Positions 1 to 9,100 of a stretch of DNA of 20,000 bases are shown here, one piece after another (positions within the stretch are counted from its first letter, which is position 1; the number at the start of each line of letters is the position of its first letter). Below the pieces are notes generated by a model that worked only from the letters and a program-made list of their open reading frames with translations, did not search any database and was not told the DNA's origin. The stretch is from an uncultured virus (IMG/VR IMGVR_UViG_3300010885_058378) (lineage: Duplodnaviria > Heunggongvirae > Uroviricota > Caudoviricetes), in the IMG/VR virus record IMGVR_UViG_3300010885_058378, positions 111,482 through 131,481 of that record; one strand, 5' to 3'. The position numbers were made by a program, and so were the translations under genes.

Positions 1-3000
1 AGTAGCTTCTCTTACGCTTCCTGTTTCTCTTAATGTTTGATTAAATGCCTTACGAGCATCTCTTTGATTACTAGCACCATTTAATCCTCCAGAAAGATTT
101 CTTTGAAGTCTTATAAATGTTTTATTAAGTTTGTCGGCTTCTTCTGGAGTATTTGTTAGTAATGTATTAACAAAACTTTCTCTATTCTTCTGAAGATCTC
201 TAACATTCTTTAAATCATCAAATGCTTTTTCTACTAATTCTGTGCTACTTGCTAATGTGTCTAAAGCTTCTCTTGTATCTCTTAATTGATCGTCTAATGA
301 TCTTAGTTGTATAGCAGATTTTTTAAGTTCATCAGGATCGCTCATGCCCTGTCTTTTTTCTTCTACTGCTGTTCTTTGTGCTTGTAAGTCAACAATTCTA
401 TTTTTAATTCCACCAACAGAGGTTTGTCCACCGGCTAATCCGGCCACATCACCCATAACTCTTGCTTGTTTCTCACCATAAGTTTCGCCAACTCCGGTCA
501 TAACCTCTCTAAGATTTCTATTCCCTTGGGTGCTAATATCTCTAGATTTCTTAAAATAATTCTGAGAATCTTTTGCTGCTTTACTAGCATCTCTAAGACC
601 TTCGGAGAAATCGGCTAATGCCCCTTGCTTAAACGATGATAATGCTTTTACTGCTTCAAGCGTTTTAACTCCAAAGGCCCCAAGAATATTATCAGCCTCT
701 CCTAATCCTTCTCTAAAAGCGTCTAATTCTGCTTGAGGCGTATCATTTTTTTTCTTAGATTCTTCTGCTAAATTATTTATTCTTGTTTCTGCTTGTTTTT
801 TAAGACTTGTCTTTTGTTCGTCTGATAAGTTTGTTTTATCTATTTGTTCATTAGTAGTTTTAATAGCCTCTGTTTTGGCTTGATCAACGTTCAAATTTGC
901 ATTAGTATTTAATTTTTCTGCTATACTTTTTGTTATAGCATTTGGTAATTGTTGTTGTAGTTGTGCTCCGCCTATTAACTGGTTCCTAGTTTTTTCATCA
1001 ACTCCTGCTGTTGCAGACTGTAAGGCTTGATTAAAATCTTTTTCAGAATAGGCATTTGGATTTTCAAGAACATTTAATTCTCTTAGCTTGGGTCCACGAT
1101 CTTGTGATTCTCCTCTTAATGCTGATCTACTTTCTTCGGCTGATGATTTTCTAACATCAGATTCGAATTTAATTCTATTAACAGATTCACTAATAATACT
1201 TGATAATTTTTCAAAACTAGCTGCTAGTTTTCTGCCAGCTTTGTCTGCAGCCTCTAAAGCATCAGACATTTGTTTTGTTTTTATTGCAGATTGAACCTGA
1301 ACATTTGTCAGTATTTTTTGATTAGCAACTTCATCTAATATTGCATCTTGTTTTTCTTTAGAAACCTTCTCATACCCACCTTCTTCCATAATTCTTGCTC
1401 TAACCGTTTTAAGAGCATCTTCATCTGCTAATACTAATGCTCTTCTAGCACCAATTAATTCTTTATCTGCTTGTATAGATTCTACACTAGCTCCAGTATT
1501 AATTTTTTGTGATATTAAAGCAAATGCCTTGTCTCCACTATCAGCATTTCTTTCAGCTATCTTGCTATCTAATTCATTAAAATCTTGAGTATCCATCTTC
1601 GGCTTTTCTGCTCCGGATAGAAACTCTGTCCATGTTCTGGTTTTACCCTTTTCATTTTGTGCAACCTTAGTCTCAGCAGAAACAGCTTTTAGAGATGATT
1701 CTGATGATCTAACAAGAGCCTTATCTAAAGCCTTTTGTAGATCTATATTACCAATATCTTTCTCAAAATCCTTGAAAGCCTTAGCTAAATCTTTTTCAGA
1801 AGCGGCCACTTCTTCAAATCGTAAATTCTTTTCCATTTCTAGAGCAGCAGTTTTTTGTGCTCCAGTAAAATCAGTAAAATAATCAGTAGTAGCATAAACT
1901 ACTGTTCCTAAAGCCGCTAATCCGCCTAATAGAGGATTTATAGCCATTAATTGAGAAGCAGTAGTTAAACCAGTTGCTAGTGTTGATCCGGCCTGTTCAA
2001 TAGCGGCACCCTTACCAGCAGCAGCAATCTTTCCTTCGTCTGTGGAAGTATCATACATTAGATTTGCAATATTTTTCCCTTGTCCACCAACTAATCCTGC
2101 CACCATACCAACGTCTCCCAAAGCTGTTCCAATTCCTTGAGACGCTGTTCCTGAGAAGTATCTTTCTTGAACAGCTTTTTTAATAGGACTATTTCTCCAA
2201 TCAGTCAACCCACCAGCGCCAACTCCTTTTTCGCCCTGCTCTTTGGCCATTTCATTAATCATTTCTCTTCTTTTACCAACTTCTTCCTTAGCAAGAGAGA
2301 GTGCTTCTGATGCTGATTTGACTGAGACACCTCTAACAGTTCCAGCATTCTTATACTCTTCTAATCTCATTGCAATAAGCTGCTTATCCATCTGGGCCAA
2401 TGTTTTACGATCAGTCATTGACTGAGAAATATAGCTTTGAATATCAGATCCACCAATACCCATATCCGATAATTCTGATTTTTTAATTCCTGTAACTTTT
2501 TGAGTAGCACTACTAAAAGACATTTCTTTTATTTCTTTGGCCTGTTCATCTAATCTGCGTTTAACTTCTTCTTTAATTTGACTAGCATTACCAAATGATG
2601 GTCCGTATCCTCCTGGTCCACCGCTAAGACTTTGTGTTAATTGCTTCTCCCTTTGTGCTTTAATACTTTTTTCTATCCTGTCGGCTTCTGTTAAAATGGC
2701 TTGCTGGGCACCACCAGAACCAAGAACTTTACCCTTTTTTGATTCTTTTAATCCTGCTTCTAAAAATTGTCGTTTTACTACTGCTGTTTTAGCTTGATCT
2801 CTAACATTCTTTAATGCTTTTTCTGCTGCTATTATAGTGTCTATTGATGCTCCAGTAATCTTGAGTCTTTCAACATCCTTAGTCATTGCCTTTTCAATAT
2901 CTTTATAAGATATGTCAGCTCCTGCCCCAACTTGCTCAAGAACTTTCTTAAAGCTTATCATACTATAACCAGCTTCTTCAAACCCTTTTGTTAATAGTTT

Positions 3001-3135
3001 AATATTATTAACTAGTTCTGATGAAGCTTCTATACTTTTACTATCAATAGTTTCTGGTCTGGTTTTTAATTTTTGAACTGCTGGTTCAGCAAAACCTTTT
3101 AATGCTTTCATTATTTCTTCGATACTAAAAACACT
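1..3135 (-). other. C-terminal helical/coiled-coil TMP region with Gly/Ala-rich hydrophobic segments
   Basis: Sequence rich in E/K/A/Q/L and poor in Pro. Hydrophobic stretches GIGTALGDVGMVAGLVGG (about 2136..2084) and LMAINPLLGGLAALGTVVYA (1950..1891). Confidence 0.75.
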
Positions 3136-6100
3136 ACCTCCAGTAGCAAATCTTTGAATTACTCCTCCACCAACTACTCCTCCCTTATTATAACCCTGTA
3201 ATTTATCCGCTTTATTTAATGTCTCTAACTTGCCATATCCTATTTTTTCTGCTGCTTTCTTATTAACAACAAATTCACCAGGAGTTAATAATGCAGGAAC
3301 AGTGTCCTTTGATGATATTCCTGCTTGTCCTCCTTGAGCAAAGGTCTCGATATTGGTTGGCTTCAAGGGAGATGATCCAACATATTTTAATGCTAATCCT
3401 AGTGGTTTTTCAAAAAGTTTGGATTCAAATGAATTTATTAATTCGGGATCTCCAGATTGTATTCTGGACATAAGTTGACCCAATAAAGCCCCTTCTCTTA
3501 CATCTCCTTCACTTCCGGCATAAATAGATTTTCTTGATCCTCCAGGCAAGGTAAACTCTGTTCCATCTTCGGATTTTAATGTTTGAGATCCTTCTTGAAC
3601 ACGTACTCCAACCGACATCATCCCAGCATCTGGATTTTTATCGAACTTACCTTTTAATCCTGTTTGATTTTCAGTAGGAGCATATTTATCTTTAAGAGTA
3701 TCGTAATTATCATGCATCCATTGTACCACTAGTCCTTTTTGTAATTCATAATCTAAATCATAAGTTTTTGGATCTAAAGTTTCATCAAAACTTAATACCA
3801 TTGGCTTTCCTGATCTATCTCCTTGAGCAACAGTGAAGTTGCTTCCTCCATTAACTCTCATCTTAGCTTGTTGTTCTGCTTTATTCTTTTCTGTATATAA
3901 GTAGAATCCTTCTCCTTGACCATATCCTTTAGCAATATTAGAAAGAGCGCCCTTTTCTTTAAAGCTTTTTAGAACGCTATCATCAACTCCAGTATTGCTT
4001 CCGTGATATAGTTTAACTTTTCCTCCAGTAGCATATCCTCTATTTTTTCTCCACATTTTTTCATCATTAGTTTTGGTCTCAAACTCTTTTGGCTTGCGAC
4101 CTTGTTTTTCCATAGCCTCTTGTATTCTTTTTTGTTTATTAGCCTGGGCAAGTTCATATCTTTCTTGTTCTGGTGATGTTTTTTTAGATGGTATTAGTCC
4201 AAATCTTTTGTTTATCTCCCAGTCTGGAATAGCATAGTCTTTATATCTATTATCTAATCGTTCTTCTAATTTTGCTGTGAGTTCTTCTTGGCTCATGCCC
4301 AAAGTCTTTGCTCGTGCGGCAATATCGGGTGGAGAATATGATCCTCTTACCCAGCCACCGTCAGAAAGCATTTGTATGTCTTCTTTGACGGGTTCTGGAA
4401 TTCCATATTGTTGTCTAAAATGTTTTTGGAATTCTTCAACAGCCTTGCCTCTACTATTACTATCTATTGTTCTTTTAACTTCTGTTGGAATATCAGGATC
4501 GATACCAAATATTTTTGCTGCTTTAGGTCCGATTCCCATTGGGAAGTCAATCGGACGAGTTCTTAAAGCATCATCTAATATTGTAGCGTCTGCTGATCCA
4601 AAAATTTGTTCTAGTAAAGCTCCTTCAATATTACCTTGACCTAATGTTTCTCTTTGTTTTTTACTTAATTTCTTTGGTTCTATGCCAAGAAGTTTTGAAG
4701 CTCCTCCTACAATTTCTTCTGTTTGACCACTAAGATAATCAATTACATTTTGATATTGATTTGGTAATCCTCTCTGAACTATTGAAGCATCTATTGATCT
4801 TTCTTGTCCAGACGAATCAACTCCAAGATTCCAAGTTTCTGGCCCTAGTAATCCAGTATATCCCAATGGATTTAAGCCTACTAATCCTAATTGTTTGGAT
4901 GATAATACAGCATTAGTTGTTTCTGCTAAAGTTGTAGCCTTTTGAGTTCCTTGTGATTGTTTAAATTTATCTATTAAGTAATCTCTTGTTGCAATATAGT
5001 AGGCCAGTTTATCTGCTTTTGTTTCTGGTCTAAATGCAGAATTCCAGTATTTTAATTTTCCTCCTTCAGCGGTATCTCTTACTGTTTTTCCTGAGAATGG
5101 ACCAAAACTTGCGTCATTTGGTAATCTGTCTGTTCCAAATCTTTTTAATATCTCTGTTCCTTGTGCTGGTAATATCCCAGAAGACTTCTTGACCTGAGTG
5201 GCCTTTTCTACATTTTTTAGTATAGCCTCTTCTAGTCCAGAAGGCATTGCTGTTGGAACTCCGCCAAATTCACCGGACATCTGTTCTGATAGTTGTGCTG
5301 CTATGGCTTCTTTTGTTATGTCTGATGGTTGTGTCGATACGGCGGATTTTCTTGATGGGTCTAGTCCATAAATTTCTGGATATTTTGCAGATAGGGCGCT
5401 TATTATATTAAATGCTCTATAGCCAAATGCTCCTTTAGATACTCGGTCTCTTTTGTCCCTTATCTGCTTAACTTGATCAGCTATTTCTGGATAATTTTTC
5501 TTTAAATCAGCACTAACATTACCATAAGGACCACCAGGAGCATTTGATAATATTTGTGAAACCTCATCATTGGATCGTATTTTTTCTTGATCAACAAATT
5601 TTTGTATTTCTTCTATTAGCATAGGAACCATAGTGCTACGATTACGCAATTGTGATCTATTGCCCATTAATATTGATGCTATATCAGGATTCATTAAATT
5701 AGCCAGCGATTTATCATCACCATGAAATAATGCGTCTCTAACTGCAGTAGCACTAATGTCTTCTATTCTAGGAATATCTTTAACATCTATTCCTGCTCTT
5801 TGGTATTTACCTAACACTTTATCGTCTTTACCAGAGGTTATTGCCATAGCTCCTTTTAATCTAGCAAATTTTCTTCTATCTCCATCGCCAATAACTTCCA
5901 TAAATTTTGGTAAACTACCGGCAGGCTGACCTTGGGTGCTAATCATAGCATTTCCAAAATTCATTTTGCTGAATAAGGTCCTTATATCTGCTGGAAAAAT
6001 ACCATATCGCGCAGCATGATCTATGCCTTCTTTACCAACAATCATTGGAAGATCAGGAGCAACACTAACAAGAATATCTTCTAAAGAAGAGCTTGGGTTC

Positions 6101-9100
6101 TTTGCTAACATATTTTCTAATAAAGTATCTAACGCTCCTCTATGACCTCTTGTTGGTGGGGCAAAACCGCCCATATAAAATCCACCAGCCTGAACTATTT
6201 CTGGTAATTCATTCTCTTTTTTACGCCGTAAGCCAAAACCATCTGATTTTCTTCCTAATACTGTTGCCTTTTTTCCAAGCTCATCTCGTAATATTGTTTC
6301 TTCCAAACCAAAATCAGTATCAGCTCCTCTTGTGGTTCCTGGTTTACGACCATATAGCCCTTGTCCAGTAGCGTCTCTTTGTTCTCTATTTGCTCGTAAT
6401 TTTTCTTGTTCTGATTGAGTATTAGAACTTAATATATATGCTCTATCAACATCTCTTAAATAAGCATCAAGTTTGGATTCACTAGCAGTTGATGTTATAG
6501 CAATAACTTCATTAACTTTATCAATATCTTCAGGAGTTAATATTTGGGAGCGAATTGTTTTTCTTAAAGAAGCATCATCATTGGCGCTAAATCCTGTAGC
6601 CAAACTACTTTTTCCACTACCAGCAGCACCAGCGATTGCTGTTAGTCTTGACAAAGAACCAGTTTTTCTTGCTTTAGCAGATAGTTCTCCTAGTTTTGTT
6701 GTATAGTCACTAACATCGGTTATTCCTAGTTTTTCCATTGCTTTATCAACAATACTAGCATTTGCTGGATCTCTAAGAACATCAGTATCAATAATTCCAA
6801 TTTTTCTTTCTACTTTTCCACCAGCAGCATAAGTTTGTCTCTGAATACCAGCACTACCCAATAGATCAGTTAGTGTAGAATCTAAAGCTCCTTGAAGATT
6901 ACTATCAAGTCTAGGATAGTTCTGAACTAGTGTTGTTAAAAATTCTTCTTTCCCACTATCTTCTATTCTATCAATATAAGATTGAGAAATACTATTATCT
7001 AATAATGCCTGATTAACTTCTGGATTTAATGGTTTAAAATCTTTAGCCTTTTTAATACCAAGAGATTTTGCCCAAAGAGAGGATGCGGCGGTGGCTGCTT
7101 CGGGAGTTTTAGCAGGCTTGTCTCCCCTGCTAATAGATCGATTTTGTTGTATAATTTGATCTAATGTTCCAACTTTGTATGAACGTCCATATACAACATC
7201 CGAACTGTTATAGCTAGACTCTAAAGAATCAAATGCATCCGCTAAATCATTATTGTCTCCACCAAATAAAGAAACAACTCTTGATTTATATTTATCAAAA
7301 CTCTCTGATGATCGTGTTCGTAATCCTTGAAATAATTGGTGGGTCATTTCGTGATAAAAAGTATCATTTTTTCTACCAGAAAGTCTTCCGGTGCTCATGG
7401 TGATCGCGCCACGGCCAGTAGCTTTAGCTGTGGTTTGCATCTGATCCATGGCAGTTAATTCTGCTTGGTTTTTTAATTTTTTAGTATTAGATATCTTCAT
7501 TTGAAGATCATTAATCTCATCCCAAGTTTGTTTAGCTAATGCTTCATCATATGAAAAAGATCCGTCATCAAAAGTTTTTACTTGTGTTTTTATTATTTTC
7601 TTCAATTCTTTTTGTTTTTCTGCTACTAATTTTTCATATCCATAAAGATCCTGGTCATTGGCCTCTGTATATCCAGAACTAGATAGGTCATAGCCAGATG
7701 TTCTTTTGGTGCCGGTGCCAGTTCTATCGAATTGGCCAAGACCTCTTAATCCTAAATCAGTAAAATCAATATGATTTGGTAGAGCTAATGATAAATCTTC
7801 TCTAGGCAGTCCTATGAATTTAGCAAAGTCGCTCATTCTTCTATAAATAGCGCTATTAGCTAATTTACTCTTGAAAGAATCTGCAAACTGCTTTCTATCG
7901 AATGGCATTGAGTCAAAAGCTTCGGTTGCTTTTGCTTGATCCACTTTGAATCTAAAGTCTTCTGGATATTCCAAGAAGGATCCTCCACTAAAAGCTTTAT
8001 CAACTTGTTCTTTATTTAGCTTGGCGTCTATTTCTTTGAAATAGGCATTACTAATTCTTTTGGGAAATGGAAAAGTTCCACTTCCAAATGATCGGGTTTC
8101 TTTTGCTTTTCCTCCGACCATGAACCTGGCCAATCCTTTGGTTTCTTTCATCTTCTTTACAAAACCATTGTCATCCAGTGTAGGTATTTTTCTTGTTCGT
8201 CGTTGTATTTTGTTATTAATAATTCTATCTGGATCACCTTCTGGAAGATAATTAAACATATAATCATCTCTAATGACTCTATCCCAAGATGATGTTTTCA
8301 CATTCCCAAATCCTTCATTATTTTGCATTATTTTTAATCTGTTAGCTAATTTATCAGATTGTATAATATCTTGTCCTGGTCCAGTTCCGTGCTCCTTGGC
8401 TACTGCTGCTTTAATTAGTGTATCATTTAATGATTGTAATTTAAGAAGGGGTCTTCCATAAACATCAACCTGATTTGTATCTTTAAATGCTTGCGATACA
8501 TTTTCTGCTCCTAAATCTGTAATAAAGTCAATAGTTATTTGCTTAGCAGCTCTTGCCTTCTCTCTATTGCTAGCAGAGGCTGGTCCACCAGAAGCCCCAT
8601 AAACTTCTCTTTCTTGTTTAGATAATCTCATTTCAAATGCATCAACACCATCTAGCCTTGAAGATGTTTTGAATCTACCTTGCTCTTTAGGGTATAATAG
8701 AGTTTTATTATCAGGTTTTTTATATTTTTTATTAAATAATTCTGGAGTTGGATCAACCTCAACCGCAATACTGTCTCCATCACTAGCTTTTAATTTACCC
8801 GCATTGGCTTTATTGCTTTTTGCAAAAGGTAGCGGATCTATATCATCATATAATTTACCTCCTTGAGTAACCATGCCAGCATTAGCAAATCTTTGTCTTT
8901 TTTTTGCTGATCCGGCCCTTATACTTCCACCGCCCCCATACTTATTCATATTATGAAGATTATCTGATCCTATAGTCTCAACAGCCTTTTTTCGTATCAC
9001 AAATTCTCCTGGCTCTAACATTGCAGGAACAGTATCTCCACTACCAGTTCCTGGAACAACTCCACCTCTTGCAAATTTTCTAATTACTCCACCATTAGCT

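Noticed and set aside
3969..4157. Minus-strand 62-aa ORF
   Set aside because: Out-of-frame overlap inside the TMP gene, whose own frame encodes the YATGG and LYHGS motifs here.
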